64,000 nt of DNA from the human T2T-CHM13v2.0 reference genome, Homo sapiens, in the NCBI RefSeq assembly GCF_009914755.1, contig NC_060941.1. The stretch is one strand, 5' to 3'. The translations under genes were made by a program, and so were the position numbers. The notes beneath the pieces were generated by a model. It worked only from the letters and a program-made list of their open reading frames with translations, was not told the origin of the DNA and searched no databases. Positions 39,064 through 58,861 of this stretch are shown in pieces (within the stretch, counting starts at the first letter, position 1; each line of letters starts with the position of its first letter).

Positions 39064-41100
39064 AAGATAGGGATTGGGGGCAAATGGAATGTACTCAAAG
39101 AGCACAGCCTTGTTCAGTAATAATGTTAATACCAGATTGGGACACTATTCCACATCAAAAGGTGAATCCTTGTAACATTTGACAAGTAAGTTTCATAATT
39201 TTTAAAAGATTTCAATGCATCACAGATTATTCCTTCTTGATATGCCATTCATGGTTTATAGATGTGTAATAGCAGATTAAATAATTAGATTTTATTAGTT
39301 CTGGAGTATTAACTTCTGCTGGAAATGAACTTCCCCCTTCCCTATACCAATATTGAGTGAGGCCTCTTTTCTCAGATACCAATTAGAAACAAGGGGACAA
39401 TGTTACACTTTTTCCTTCTAGAAACATACATTATACAGAGAGTTGTCTTTTGAAGTCTAGAAGTCTGAAAACACTGTAATTTTTTTTAAAGAATTAATAC
39501 AATAAATGTATGGGTCAACTCGGAAAAATCTACAATGGTTTCTGGGATTTAATCTTGGCATGACTTTACCTCTGCACCTCTGCCCTCGGCGGGTACTTTT
39601 GTTTATGGGTGTCATTGGTTGAACAAATATTGTTTTAGTTACTACCATAACTGAAACATGATCTGTGCTCTAAAGGAGTCAACAAATGAGCCAGGGGGGC
39701 ATGAGTAATTGCCTGTAATATAATCGTGCTCACGCTGTCATGGAGGACCGTACAAAGTGTCAGAAGCACAGCGCCAGGAGGCACAGCAAAGGGTAGTAGA
39801 GGTGACATTTGAGCCCGGCCTTGAAAACCGTCTAGGATTTCTCAGAATTTCAGCAAAGTAAGATAATTTCTGTCTAAAATATATAGGCAAACTTTTTATT
39901 AAAAATATGAGAAATTAATTAAATAACAGATTATGACCACAATGCAGATTTAAAACCCAAGGCATGATGAGTGCCGTTGACTAGTTCATCCAAACAGTTC
40001 AGAGAAGAGAACATCCATGTAGATCCTTCTTGTGTTACAGAATACAAAGGAACAGAAAATTTTGCCTCAGTAACTGCCAGGTCATTCTAATTAAAGTACC
40101 TATACATTGTAATATAATTCCTCCATTAAGGTAATAACCGATCAGGTGGTCCAGAGTCTGTGTCATTCAGTCAAGAAATTCACTCCCTTAACCTGGGGCT
40201 GTGCTGGAAATTCATTGACAAATTTTGGTCTTTGGTTCTCCGTTTTTCTTCAGAATTCATGCAGACCACTTGACTTCCTTAGCATTTTCTTTTGTAGGCG
40301 TATATTAATGTCCGTGGTTAAGCTTTGGCTTCCGTTTGCATCAATCCTGTTGTAATCGTGCCTCCTGAGGCATCTTTTTGCTTCCCTTGCATGAGTTTCC
40401 AAAATCCTACTTTCCACTTGGTAAGGGGAGTATCCATTTTCTTGAACGCAGTGGTTTTCAAACTTGCCTGCACATCAGAATTATTTGGGGAGAAGGATAA
40501 AAATACAGACTACTGAGCTTCACCTGGGATTCTGTAAATTTGGGTTGCATTTGAGATGACTTTTAACAATTTACCAGATGATTTTTGCTGCACCTCCACT
40601 TCAGTTTTAGGAAGGACTGTTTCAAGGCAGCTTTTCAAACTTTCATGACCATAGAAATCACCTGAAGATTGTGAGAAACTGCAGATCCTAATTTAGTAGG
40701 CCTGGGTTTAGGCCTGTGATTCTGAATTTCTCTCAAATGTGATAGTATCAATCCCTTGTTGAGTAGCAAGGTTGTTTCTTGTTTTTTTCTTTTGTTTCCA
40801 GGATCTTCATGACATTCAATGAGTAGCAAAATTTGAAGATAACTTCTGGAATTTCATCTAATGTGTACTCATCTGGATCTTAGGGGAAATAACCTATCAG
40901 GTTATAGGGAAGGAGGACCTTTAATAACCAAGCTAAATGTGTGGGCTGTTTACCTCTCCCTCTTATGCAAAGGTATCCCTTGCACACACTGAAAACTTCA
41001 TAGACCAAAAGCATTATAGCTCTAGTTTGCCTTGAAGGAAGTTGTATTGTCTGTAGAGCATGTGGGCCATTTTCTGCCAATAAAATGTTCAAATGTTCTC
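39064..41100 (+). pseudogene. Putative 3' remnant of an unidentified gene (exon-like segments 39064-39185, 39422-39475, 40802-~41100)
   Basis: Donors AA|gtaagt and ACT|gtaatt, pyrimidine-rich acceptors, phase-0 joins, terminal TGA 40820-40822, AATAAA 41079-41084; two internal stops; donor gene not recognised. Confidence 0.4.
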
Positions 41101-41517
41101 TCTCTCCGAAGCTTTGTTCACTGTGTCTGGTGGAATTTTGGTTCTCAGGGAGTAGATGATACCTAGCCATGCTTCTAATGTGAAGTGTCTACCAGCCCAT
41201 GGTCTCTATTTTGGATTTGAACTTACTTCGACCCCCCACCTGATGCCTTACCATTTAATCATATTGTGATTGAACATTTTTGTGTCCACATTTTTCATTT
41301 CTTATGTTATTATTCCTTAGTTCTTATCTGTAAGATCATAAAGTCCTTTGAACCAAACACAGTTGATATTTCATACATACGTTAAAAACTGAGCTGTGAG
41401 ACCGGACATGGTGACCCACGCCTGAAATCTCAGCAATTGGGGAGGCCAAGACAGAAGGATCACTTCAAGCTAGGAGTTCGAGACCAGCCTGGGCAACAAA
41501 GCAGGACCATGTCTCTA

Positions 41518-41733
<216 letters not shown>

Positions 41734-41848
41734 TTATTTTCTGCTTTTAGAAACCAAAAGAATGTCTCATTGTGGGGTGCTACCATTATATTCAGGAAGT
41801 TTTAGAATGAAAAAGATTCTGAATTGATACTTGCTTACTTTATTTCAG

Positions 41849-41931
41849 AAAGTGGTAAAATAGCTGTGGAGTGCAGACCCAGTGAAGAGATTGTAGATGT
41901 CAGATGGGAAGAACTACACAGTTTAATTCAA
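41849..41931 (+). pseudogene. RDM1 penultimate-exon remnant (ESGKIAVECRPSEEIVDVRWEELHSLIQ)
   Basis: tttatttcag acceptor, CAA|gtatgt donor; matches recalled RDM1 ESGKIAVEYRPSEDIVGVRCEEELHGLIQ. Confidence 0.88.
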
Positions 41932-42043
41932 GTATGTGGAGATAAAAACTCAAAGGTAACATGGCTGGGCGCAGTGGCTCACACCTGTAATGCCAGTGCT
42001 TTGGGAGGCCAAGGCGGGTGGATCACCTAAGGTTGGGAGTTCA

Positions 42044-42202
<159 letters not shown>

Positions 42203-42697
42203 TCAAAAAACAAACAAAACAAAACTCAAGGGTCAGATAACATAGCCAGTGTAACCATAATTCAAAACAAGCAGCAGAATTTGGAGGATAATTTGTTTCA
42301 TTCTCAGGAAAATGTGAAACTCTGAAACTGCTTTTTGAGTGCAGGGTATTTCTGGGGCTTTTCCTAAAGTCTTGACCCTTGGTTCTGACCCCTTATTTGA
42401 AGTTTGGAGAGCAAAACTGAGGACTGTATTACTACAGTTGTGGACACAGGAGAGGGGTTAGTCTCCCCCGGCCCCAGGAGTAAGGGATGCTGGGCTGCTT
42501 GAACACAGGCCTTTTTAGAACTCCCTTCAAACAAGATACCAGAGATGTGGGGGGAATGTAACTGGCCTTAAGACTGATTGTGCTACAGCTTTCAAAAACT
42601 ATAATGCCTTTCAAATGTGGCTTACTGCTTGGATCTCATTATCTCCCGTATACCTTGGATGGACTATTTTGCTGAAGATCTTTCTGTCAATCATTTA

Positions 42698-43369
<672 letters not shown>

Positions 43370-43747
43370 CATATGAAAGCTCTTAAATAGGGATTAAATT
43401 TCTAAATTAATCTCAAAAGAAAACAGTAATTATTTACTATTTATGGATTTTTTTTTAAAAAGGGAGCAAAAGTTTCATTTCAATGGGAACTTAATTTGGG
43501 GCTAGAGTGTTTTATTTAACTTTCACTCCAAAGTTGCAAAGTGTTTTGAAGTTTTTCCCTGTAAAATAATTATTTTAATTCAATTTAAATCAAACCCACC
43601 AAGGAAACTTCCAGCTTTAAGAAGTCTAGCTTCCTGTGAAATGTGAGAGGAAGTTAGCACTGATTTCAGAAATCTGATTATAACAATAGATCCATCCCTA
43701 AATGAGGCGAATCTTGGAATCCCTTCAATTTTATTTTATTTTTTTGA

Positions 43748-43846
<99 letters not shown>

Positions 43847-44573
43847 TGAGTAGCTGGGATTACAGGCATGCACCACCACGCCTGGCTAATTTTGTATTTT
43901 TAGTAGAGACGGAGTTTCAGCATGTTGATCAGGCTGGTCTGGAACTTCTGACCTCAGTGATCCACCCACCTCGGCCTCCCAGAGTTCTGGGATTATGGGT
44001 GTGAGCCACTGTGCACAGCCCCCCTTCAATTTTAAAACCATCACTATGCACCCCGTGCCTGTGCTAGGCACTGGAAGAAGATGAAGCTCCTTCTTGGGGT
44101 TTACATGCTGATAATTGTGCCAGACAGTAATAAAATAGGTAAGGGCTGTGGGGGAAGTCAGCTGGGTTCTAGTTATAGTCGCATTTCAGGAAATGATTTA
44201 ACATGCTGACTTTAACAACCTAAGCCTCTTCTCCATGTGTGCACACAGGGTAGATCTCTGAAGGGTGGCGCTGTAACTTCGAGGGTAATGGCTGTGTTGA
44301 GTTAAGGCAGGATGACAGTTCAGCCTCCTCCCAGGCTGGTGCAAAGGGCTGTTCCCTCGGATTGAAGCCTTCTCTCCCAGACTGAATTGCCCACCCCCAA
44401 CACCCCTCCTACAGAAAATCTGGAGTCCTCGCTTATTCCCTGGCAGCCCCTACCTAATAGGGTGGTGAATTAATTATCAAACATGCGACAGTTTAGCGAA
44501 AACGGCAACATTTTGGAATAAATGACTGTAACGCGCGTCCTGCCTGCCACCCTAACTGGCGCCCATTTTGCAG

Positions 44574-46703
<2,130 letters not shown>

Positions 46704-46964
46704 TAAGAATCACCTTTCCTCAATCATCCTCTGTGTCTTGCCTGACATGGCAGCCTTTTCCTGGAGGCCTTCCTGGGCCTTCTTTATCTCCCCAAGCCAT
46801 ACTGACAAGTGACTTTCTGCTTTCACCTTTGCCTGTCAATTCTCCCTTCTCCTCATTCTCCTTTAATGTTAGACCCATTCTCCAGTCTTTTACTTTTTCT
46901 CCAGTCTTTTACTCTTACTCGTTTTCTTATCCGTTCTTATTTACCCCATCACATCATTGCTTAA

Positions 46965-47590
<626 letters not shown>

Positions 47591-48570
47591 CTCTGTCCTT
47601 TAGTTATGTCCAGAACTCCTCTTTGTCCCTGGCTTTTTATATGTAGCACTCATTTTGTGTCAAACCCAGGACCAAGTATGCTATTGTCCGCAGAACATTA
47701 AAATGATAGGAGGGAAGAGAGAGAATACGCATAAAAAGGGCGGTGTATATAATTAATTCCTGAAAGATAATGCATACCATCGGTGCTAGAATTTACCAGA
47801 ATCTGTGGTCCTTGAGGTGTGGAGATCAGGGAAAGCTACATGGATAAGCTAAAAGTTTACTTGGGTCTTAAAGAGTACACAATGAGGTATGGAAAGCCAT
47901 TGAAAGTTTCCAAGCAAGAGAGATTAAATGATTAAAACAGGAAGATTATTTTATTTTATTTTGTTTTTTTTGCTTTATGTTCAAGTATAGACATGCAAAG
48001 GATTATTTTAGAATCCATATGTAGAGTGCCCAAAAGGAAAAGCTTATTTCAGGGAGACAAAATAGAAAGGTCTAGCAAAATGTAGGAGTAAAGTGTGAAG
48101 GGGCTAAATCAGATCAGTTGTAATAAGAGTGGAAAGAAAAAGCCTAGGATGTTTCAAGAGAGGGCAAAGCTTTGGTGTTGCCTGGCATGGGGTTTCTTTC
48201 TACTTATTTATCGATAAAGATAAGCTTATGCCCATTTTTCTGTTGAATTATTTACCATTTTTGTGTTGATTTGTAGGAGTTTGTTTAGACACATAAGTGC
48301 TTTTGGATAAAATACTTACATTCAAAGTAATTAACTGGCATCGTCTGTCCAAGAGATGGGATGGATAGGAAGTTAAGCTTCCGGGAGATGCCTCATCATT
48401 TGTGCCAGTGGCCCCGCATTATTTCTTGATGAAGTGTGCAAACTGGGAAGCTGATAGCTCTGGAAATGAGAAAGCAGGTGTTATTTTCTGTTTCCGAATA
48501 TCCCCGACAAGGTTGCCATGATTCTTTTATTTATCCTGTTCATTCTTTGCGTGCCTATTCAAGGATATAA

Positions 48571-48660
<90 letters not shown>

Positions 48661-48838
48661 TGAGTATATTCTCTCCAAATATGACAAAAAACTAACTGCA
48701 TTGTAAGATCCTTCTTGGTCCAGAATTTTGAGGTCCATACCTCTGAGAAAAGATATTTCCCCTCCATACCCCAAATCAGCCTCTGTGGATTGCAATCCTA
48801 TGGTTATTTTAAAATTAAATTTGGTAGGCTCTCTCTAA

Positions 48839-49096
<258 letters not shown>

Positions 49097-50296
49097 TAGA
49101 GACGGGCTCTTCCTATGCTGCTTAGGCTGGTCTTGAGCTCCTGGGCTCAAGTGATCCTCCCACCTTGGCCTCCTAAAGTGCTCATATTATAGGCATGAGC
49201 CACCACCCCCAGCCCATGATTCTATTTTTAATGTATAAAAATGCAATAACAGGTATAACAAAAACCCTCCTTGTGCCCTACTCCCTCATCCCTGAGGTAA
49301 TGCTACTGTGTGTTTAGTATACATGCTTCCAGACTTTTCCCCATTTACCTACATACATATTTACATAAAGCAAAATAGATTTGTTGTGTGGTTTTTAAAA
49401 TCTTTTTTCTTTTCATAAAGGGTAACATCTTGCAACTTGATTCTTTCACTTCATGGTATCACTTATATGATATTCTTTCACTTCATAATTTCTTTCCTTC
49501 CTAGGACTTAGAGGGTCACCCCATTCATTTAAACTCCTGCATAATCCATAGTATGGATGCATCATAGTTTATTTAATAATTTCCCCATTGATGAATGTTG
49601 AGCTTATGCTTAGTGGGCAAGTATTCCTGTAGCATAGATATCTAGAAATGGAAGAGTTGGGGTGAAGACTATGTAGATATAAAATTTTAATTGTCCTCAA
49701 AAATGTTGTGCCAACTGACTATATTGTCAGCAGAATATGACAGCATTCATTTCCCCACACCTTTTCACTGTTGGGAATTTGCCAGCTTTTTGTTGAAGTT
49801 ATGGATGAATAAAAGGGATTCCATCCAAATTTGAATTTTTCTGATCACTCATGAATTTAATTAAATATCTTTATATGTTTATTGAACATTTGTGTTTCTT
49901 CTCTGAGTTTTCTGTCCTTTGTTCATTTTCCTGTTGAATTGTTTTATCGTTTTCTTCCTGATTTATAGAAGGAATTAGTTGAGACACATAAATGATTTTG
50001 GAAAAAATGCTTACATTCAAAGTAACATTTTTCACAACAGTTTGTGTCACATCATTAGTTTGACTTATATAGACAAGACATACATGAGTTCTAAATTAAA
50101 AATCAAACACATGCCATGTGCAGTGGCTCACGCCTGTAACCCCAGCACCTCGGGAGTTCGAGGCAGGTGGATCACCTGAAGTCGGGAGTTTGAGACCAGC
50201 CTGGCCAATATGGTGAAACCCCATCTCTACTGAAAATACAGAAATTAGCCAGGCATGGTGGTGGGTGCCTATAATCCCATCTACTTGGGAAGCTGA

Positions 50297-50485
<189 letters not shown>

Positions 50486-51189
50486 TGAGTAGAGACAGAG
50501 TTTCACCATGTTGGACGGGCTGGTCTCGAACTCATGATCTCAGGTGATTCATGTGCCTTGGCTTTCCAGAATGCTGGGATTACAGGCATGAGCCACCAGG
50601 CCAGGCCAGGACTACATTTTAAAAGCAAGAAAATCATTACAAAAGTCAGGGTAGTGGTTACCTATTAGGGTTAGAGAGAGGAATATGATTGGAAAGGGGC
50701 ACACTGGGGCTTCTGGGATGCTAGCAATAATCTTTTGTAACAATGTTTACATGGGTATCTGCTTTATAATTATTAAACTGAATATTTGGCCAGGTGAGGT
50801 GGCTCATGTCTGCAATCCCAACACTTTGGGAGGCAGAGACAGGAGGATCACTTGAGCCAGGAGTCTGAGACCAGTGTGGGTAACAGAATGGACCCTGTCT
50901 CAGAAATTAAATTAAATTAAATTAAATTAAATATAAACAACATTTATGTTATGTGCACTTTACGCACATTGTAGTTCTCAAATTTTTTTGATGGGGGAAA
51001 AATGTTGAATGGCTTCACTTGCAGCCCTGACATGGTCCCATGTGGGGCTTTTGTAATAAGGTTTGGGAGAAGAGAGGAGGAAATGGAGGTTCTGCAGATC
51101 TTGGTGCCACCCAGAGATGGATTCTGAAAGGTATATTATGATCTAGAGAGGAGTCATTAAAGATACAATTTGGTGGGAAGAGTGGAGCA

Positions 51190-51472
51190 GTGTGCTTGTG
51201 TGTGTGTGCTTGCACGTGTGTGCTTGCTTGTGTGTGTGTGCTTGTGTGTGTGCTTGTGTGTGTGTGCTTGCATGTGTGTGTGTGCTTGCAAGTGTGTGTG
51301 CGTGCTTGCCTGTGTGTGTGTGCTTGCCTGTGTGTGTGTGTGCTTGCCTGTGTGTGTGCTTGTGTGTGGGTGTGCTTGTGTGTGTGTGCTTGCCTGTGTG
51401 TGTGCTTGTGTGTGTGTGTGTGCCTGCAAATGTGTGTGTGCGCTTGCCTGTGTGTGTGTGGTGGTGGTGGTG
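51190..51472 (+). repeat. Compound (TG)n / GCTT(GCC)(TG)n microsatellite ending in (GTG)n
   Basis: Read directly; source of the His/Thr- and Cys/Val-rich spurious ORFs. Confidence 0.95.
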
Positions 51473-51585
51473 GAGAGGGATGAACACAAAAAGGAAAATG
51501 GAAGAAAAGGTTTGAACGAAAGCAGAGCAGATCCCACCATCTTGAAATGACCATGACCCAGCTTTCCTCCACATGCAGGAGATAG

Positions 51586-51720
<135 letters not shown>

Positions 51721-52821
51721 TAAGTTAGTTAATCATATTTTTGAGTTTTTAGTCATATTATCTTTAAAATGAATAAGAGGTTCAAATTAGATAATCTCTA
51801 AGATTTCTTCCAGCAATAAAATTCTGCAATTCTGTAAGTTTGTATAGGGTCTCAGCCCATCTCTAGCATTAGCTACATCCTATGCATTTTCAGTTTTTAA
51901 ATTGTATAGACAAAATACAGACAGAAAAAATTTCACATGGTAAGAAGATCTGAGCAGTGACTGACACCCATATGAACCTTGTTTTATAAGGGTTTACATA
52001 CCATCTTCTTCTATTCAGTCTACAGCCAGTAGATCAAATCTAACCTAAGGTCTATTTTTTAATAGCCTATTAAGAATGGTTTTTGCATTTCTAAAGGACT
52101 GTGAAAGAAAAAAGAAAGAGAAATATGCGAGAGAGATCATATGTGGCCCACAGAGCCTTAAAATATTTACTGTCTGACCTTCACAAAAAACGATTTGAAA
52201 AAGTTGGTTTAGTAGGATGAAAGGAATTAAAGTTAACTTCAGATTGTTGCCTAAAGGAGAAGAAAATATAGACCACCTACATTCATTTGAACATCATTAA
52301 TCCAGAATTTTTTGGTAATTTAATCGCATTAAATTAACATTTAAATATTTGAAATCAGCTGAATTATAGAAATAATATTATCAAGAATATTAAGCTACCA
52401 AGAGAATAGACTAGTATTAAGGATTTCATTTCAGGAATTGTTATATTAAAACAGATGTTTAAAATGATGGTTAAGTGGTAGAGCTAGAAATGTTTACAGT
52501 AAGAAGCATATCAGAAATGCCCCTAACTCTTCACTAATTACACAGTAACTATCTCCCCAGCCCTGTTACCAAGAAAGGGATACCTGCATAGTATTTCTGT
52601 CTGTTTAGAGACAAGAAGATACTATGTTCAATTGCTATGAAAGCTTGATTCTTATCCTCTGTCCGCAGAGGTGTGTATGTCATTAATCCTTATTAGTGAT
52701 GCTCTTTTGCAGACAGATTCTTTCAAATGTGAAAGGCTTAAGGAAAGTGGGTGTAAAGACCCTCAAGTGGATGCCAAAGTGCTACAGAGGCCATGAAGTA
52801 ATAAAACTACATTTGCTTTAA

Positions 52822-53085
<264 letters not shown>

Positions 53086-54436
53086 TAGCCAGGATCTCAA
53101 TATCCTGACCTTGTAATCCACCCGCCTCAGCCTCCCAAAGTGCTGGGATTACAGGCATGAGCCACTGCGCCCGGCCAGCTATTCATTTGTTTTACAAATA
53201 TTTTAATTTACTTTATTTCCATGTGTCAGTTTTAAACATGGTGGGCAATGCAGATGATCAAGACCTAGTCCATGCTTTCAAGGAGTTTATGCTCAGAAAA
53301 AATGGGATGAACAATAACTACATTAAGAAGAAGAAATGGATGTGGGCACTAGGAGGGATAAATTGTTTCTGAAGCATAGAAGAGGGGAAAATGACTTCAG
53401 TTTGGACCCAGGAAGCTGTTACTAGAACAATCCCATTTGAATAGGACTTTGAAGGGCCATTGTGTAGCATCGGACAGACATCTTGGGGACAATATTCTAA
53501 ACTTGCAAAAGGGAAATGGGAGAAGGGCAAAACACAGGAAAGTATTCGAGGAATGCCATGAGTACCTGTAGATTACAAGGAGGGAGAGTAGGAAATTGGA
53601 GCCAGATCTTCCAGGGCTTTGAATGCCAAGCTGAGGAGCCATCATGGGGAACCATGTTATCACAGCAGTGCTGTAAGATGGATCTGCATCACAGTCATTG
53701 AGAGGGCACGTTAGAACTCAGTTCTGGACTCCGCCCTCATAGTTATTGATTCAGTTGGTCTAGAGTGGGACCAAGAATTTGCATCCTCAATAATTTCCCA
53801 GGAGGTGCTGGTCTTTGCAAGCCACTTCTGGAGAGTTTATATGATGACTGTGTGGAGGATAGTTTAGGAAGGGAGAGACTAGAGATGGAGACATCAGCCA
53901 GACAACGTTACACCATCCAGGTAAAGAGGGAGGGAAAAGCCCCATCTCTGTATAACTGAAGAAACTGCTTTCATGAAATATTAAAGCAATATAAAACCAA
54001 AAATGAATTTCTATTAATATGATAGAAATTAATTGTATTAATATGATTTGAATATTAGTTCAAAGTTATGTATTAAGTAAAGGGGTAACTTCCTTTCAAA
54101 TGCTGTTGAAAGGATGTCTTTTATTTCTTCTGATACTGAACTGGCTTAGGAAAACAAAGCTAAACTAGGAAGGTGTATAAATGTGAGGCTATTCGTTTTA
54201 ATATTAGAAACTATATATAGAGATAAAAGCTTTGAGCTCATAATCTAGGATTTGATGAGACTACAAAAGGGCATCTAATCAAGTCTACTGCTCTCAGGAA
54301 AAATTAATTCCAAAGTCTATTAAGTTGTATATTTTGTTTATTAAAAGTATGAAGGCGAGACTCTAGGAGAGGTACAGGCAGGGTTAGGAGCTCTGGAAAG
54401 TTCAAATACAGGTCCAAATGTTTAGAGTCGAGATGA

Positions 54437-54607
<171 letters not shown>

Positions 54608-54800
54608 TAAGTTACAAATATAACTTTATTACATTTGGAATTTTTATAAAACTTAATTATAAACCTCTTTGCTATTCATTTTGAAATATGATTAAAATTT
54701 GACCAGTAGAAAGGTACTAAAATTATATAGCAAGTCCTTCTTGTCTCTAGCAAAGATTAGTGTGAGAATTATTACACAGATCATAGTGAATCATCAGAGA

Positions 54801-55015
54801 GCAGTGGTTCTCAACTGGTGTGATTTTGTACTCAGGTGACATTTGGTAATGTCCAGAGACACTTTTGCTTGACAAAACTGTGGTTGTGCTCCTGGCATCT
54901 GGTGGGCAGAGGCCAGAGATGCTGCTAAACATCCTGCAGAGTATAAGACAAACCCCCACGGCAAAGAGTTATATAGTCCAAAATGTCGATGGTACTGAAG
55001 TTGTGAAATCCTGTT
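54801..55015 (+). mobile_element. MER20 (hAT-Charlie) element
   Basis: gcagtggttctcaact...gacatttggtaatgtccagagacacttttg...ggccagagatgctgctaaacatcctgca. Confidence 0.8.
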
Positions 55016-55221
55016 CTAGAGAAATGAAGATCACTTAACACAGGTATTTACTGAGCGTTCACTGTTTTGTAGCTAATGCACCACATGTGCAATGTTAAAG
55101 TATAAACCATAAGCCAGTATCTTCCACAGTGAGATTGCCTTAGTGCACAGAGAAAAGATTGAGGTGATGTTCCATCCTATGTAAATTAGACTCACAGCAA
55201 ATGATAAATGTTCTGAAATAA

Positions 55222-55338
<117 letters not shown>

Positions 55339-57177
55339 TAAGTGAAATAGAAGATGAATACGTGTAAACAACTATTTTGTATAAAAACTCATACAATTAT
55401 TGGTTAGCTGGGTATAAGCCCATTATGAACTCTGAAAAGTGTGTCTTAAGATCCATTCGTTTTTCTCAAATGGGGAAACTAAGGTACAAAGCAGCCAAGA
55501 GACTTACACAGTTTATATATGACCTGCTCTGCTTGTCCTAGTTCTGACCTATGGCATGGGCAAGAAAAGGCATCAAACAAGTGACCCTCAAATTAGCCTT
55601 GTTGCTGGGCAGGTGGCTCAGGCCTGTAATCCCAGAACTTTAGGAGCTGAGGGGGGCGGATCACCTGAGGTCAGGAGTTCAACACCAGCTTGGCCAACAT
55701 AGTGAATCCCCATCCCTACTGAAAATACAAAAAAATTAGCTGGGCGTAGTGATGCAGTTTTTTGCTCCCTGGAGGACTTTGTGTTAAGCTTTCTTCCTTG
55801 CAGCTAAATGTTGCAGACATTTAAGCAGTTTGAAACTCTGCATATGAGCAGGAATCAAAGTTAAATCCAAAGTGTAGGGCTGGGCGTAGTGGCTCATGCC
55901 TATAATCCCAGCACCTTGGGAGGATCACTTGAGGTCAGGAGTTTGAGACCAGCCTGGCCAACATGGCGAAACCCCGTCTCTACTAACGATACAAAAATTA
56001 GCAGGTCGTGGTGGCAGGCGCCTGTGATCCCAGCTATCGGGAGGCTGAGGGTCGAGAATGGCTTGAACTCCAGAGGTGGAAGTTGCAGTGAGCCGAGATT
56101 GTGCCACTGCACTCCAACCTCCCCTCCAGGCTGGTCTCGAACTCCTGTGACCTCAGGTGATCTGCCCACCTTAGCCTCCCAAAGTGCTGGGGTTACAGGC
56201 GTGAGCCACCATGCCTGGCCAAAATGGTGTTTATGTTAAGCTATTGTGCAAAAAAAAATTTTGTAAAGAAAATACATCGCTCTACTTTAATTCCATATAC
56301 TTTCCTGACTACTCTTCTACCGTAAGTGCAAAAATTCTATGATTTCTCTGTATAACATACCCAGCAAATCAGAGTGGGTATATTCAATGGCCTGAAGGGG
56401 ACTTTAGACTCAAGGTGAAGATTCTCCTCTACATCTGACTTTAGAAAATACTTTCCACCTTTCTTGTGGTTCAGAAATCTAGTTTCACACAGTTCATTTT
56501 GAGGTAGAGGGAGGTGTTCAGGATGTGTCTGGATTAGAGCAGCAGTTTCTGCAGATGCTCCTCTCTGTCTTCATTAATTTGCTGATGCTTAACTTAGGGA
56601 AGACACACTGAGGGTCTGTTTTTCTTTTGCCCTCACACCAGAGAACAGGCTCATTAGGTCCCTCCACCAAGAGGTTTGGGTAGCATCAATACAAATGTCT
56701 TAAACTCACCACCTTTACTAAGCACTTTATAACAGTGGGAGTCCCACATCAGAATCTGGTGGCCAGGAGCGGTGGCTCATGCCTGTAATTCCAGCACTTC
56801 TGAAGGCTGAGGTGGGTGGATCACCTGAAGTCAGGAGTTCGAGACAAGCCTGACCAACATGGTGAAACCCCGTCTGTACTAAAAATACAAAAATTAGCTG
56901 GGTGTGGTGGCGGGCACATGTAATCCTAGCTACTCAGGAGGCTGAGGCAGGAGAATCACTTGAACCCAGGAGGCGGAGGTTGCAGTGAGCCAAGGTCATG
57001 CCATTGCACTCAAGCCTGGGCGACAGAGCAAGGCTCCAACAGAGATGGGGTTTTACTACGTTGGTCAGGCTGGTCTGGAACTCCTGACCTCAGATGATCC
57101 ACCCGCCTGGCTTCCCAAAGTGCTGGGATTATAGGCCTAAGCCACCAGGCCCAGCCAATAAATGGAAACTTTAACTC

Positions 57178-57303
57178 AAAAGAAGGAAGGAAGGAAGGGA
57201 GGAAGGGAGGGAGGGGAGGGAGGGAAGGGAGGGAAGGGAAAGAAGGAGGGAGGGAGGGAAATGAGGAAAGAAAGAGAAAGAAAGAAAGAAAGAAAAGAAA
57301 AAA
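57178..57303 (+). repeat. Purine-rich (GGAA/GGGA/GAAA)n tract
   Basis: Read directly; potential H-DNA. Confidence 0.9.
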
Positions 57304-58726
57304 TTGTAAAACCATAAGGTTAAAGTAAACCTTTTTTCTTCATACAGAGTAAGCACGTGAGTTCAGATTACAGCTTTGCTTCTTCATAGCTTGGTGACCT
57401 AGGACAAGTTATGTAACCTCTCTGTGCCTCAGTTTCCTCATTTATAAAATAGGGCAATAATAATATCTACCACATAAGGTTATTGTGAGGATGAAATGTG
57501 AAATGCTGATCACAAATACGTAGCAGCCTAATAGATGCTCACTGTAAGAATTATTATTTTTATAATTTCTGCAAAAGTACAGTGATGATTCTTGGGTTAA
57601 CCTAAAGCGTGATTTTCTTTTATTTCTTCCTGTTTCTTTTCTTTTTCTTGTTCACTTTAAAGAATTAAAAAGAAAATAGATTCCAGCATTTTGGAATAAA
57701 AATTCACATCAAAATGAATTTATTCATTTTATTGACAGATAAACAAAATGTCATTTGTTTATTCAATAAACATTTATTAAATCCCTAGTAAATTTCAGAC
57801 ATCATACCAGGCACAGTGATGACAATGACAATAAGATGTGGTCTCTGCCCTCAAGGAGCTGATAGCCCAGGAGACTGACAAGTAGACAGGTGGTTACATG
57901 CAGTGTAACGAAGGCTGTGATGTCATACAGGAAGACAAGTGGGAGTATGTGATGGGAGTATGGTTTTGACCAGTTCCTCCTCTTAGATTTATCCCTTTTT
58001 CTTTGGGTATAAAGCAAAAGAATTGGTCCTATTTTTTTTCCTTAACTGTGCAAATTAAACCATAAATTTAAAAAACTTTATAAAGATAAAAGGCAAGCAG
58101 TCAGGCGCAGTGTCTCAGGCCTGTAATCCTAACACTTTGGTAGGCCGAGGGGGGTGGATCACCTGAGGTTAGGAGTTGGAGACCAGCCTGTCCAACATGA
58201 TGAAACTCCGTCTCTACTAAAAATACAAAAATTAGCTGGGCGTGGTGGTGGGCAACTGTAATCCCAGCTACTCAGGAGGCTGAGGCAGGAGAATTGCTTG
58301 AATCCAGGAGGTGGAGGTTGCAGTGAGCCAAGATGGAGCCATTGCTGTCCACCGCCTGGGTGACAGAGCAAGACTCCATCTCCAAAAAAAAAAAAAAAAA
58401 AAACAACTTGAATTATAGATGAACAACTTGTATTATGGAGGACACTAGAAATAGTGTTTCCTACAGAGTCAGGGCTTCCTACCAACATTGTCATTTCTAG
58501 GGTTTTTGACCTGAAAAGTTCTGTGGCATATTTTTTCTTTCCTATCCATTTCTTGTGTGTTTTTTTTTTCTATTTCTTCCCTGCTTTCTCTCCTCTACTT
58601 TATCTTCTAGAGACCTAGGTAGTTCCCAAAGGAATAGTGCTTTATGGAGTCTAATGGTGATTTATTATGTAAAAGCAGAAAATTATTTTTTTTACCTAAA
58701 AGTTCCATACCAAAAAATGAATATAG

Positions 58727-58861
<135 letters not shown>

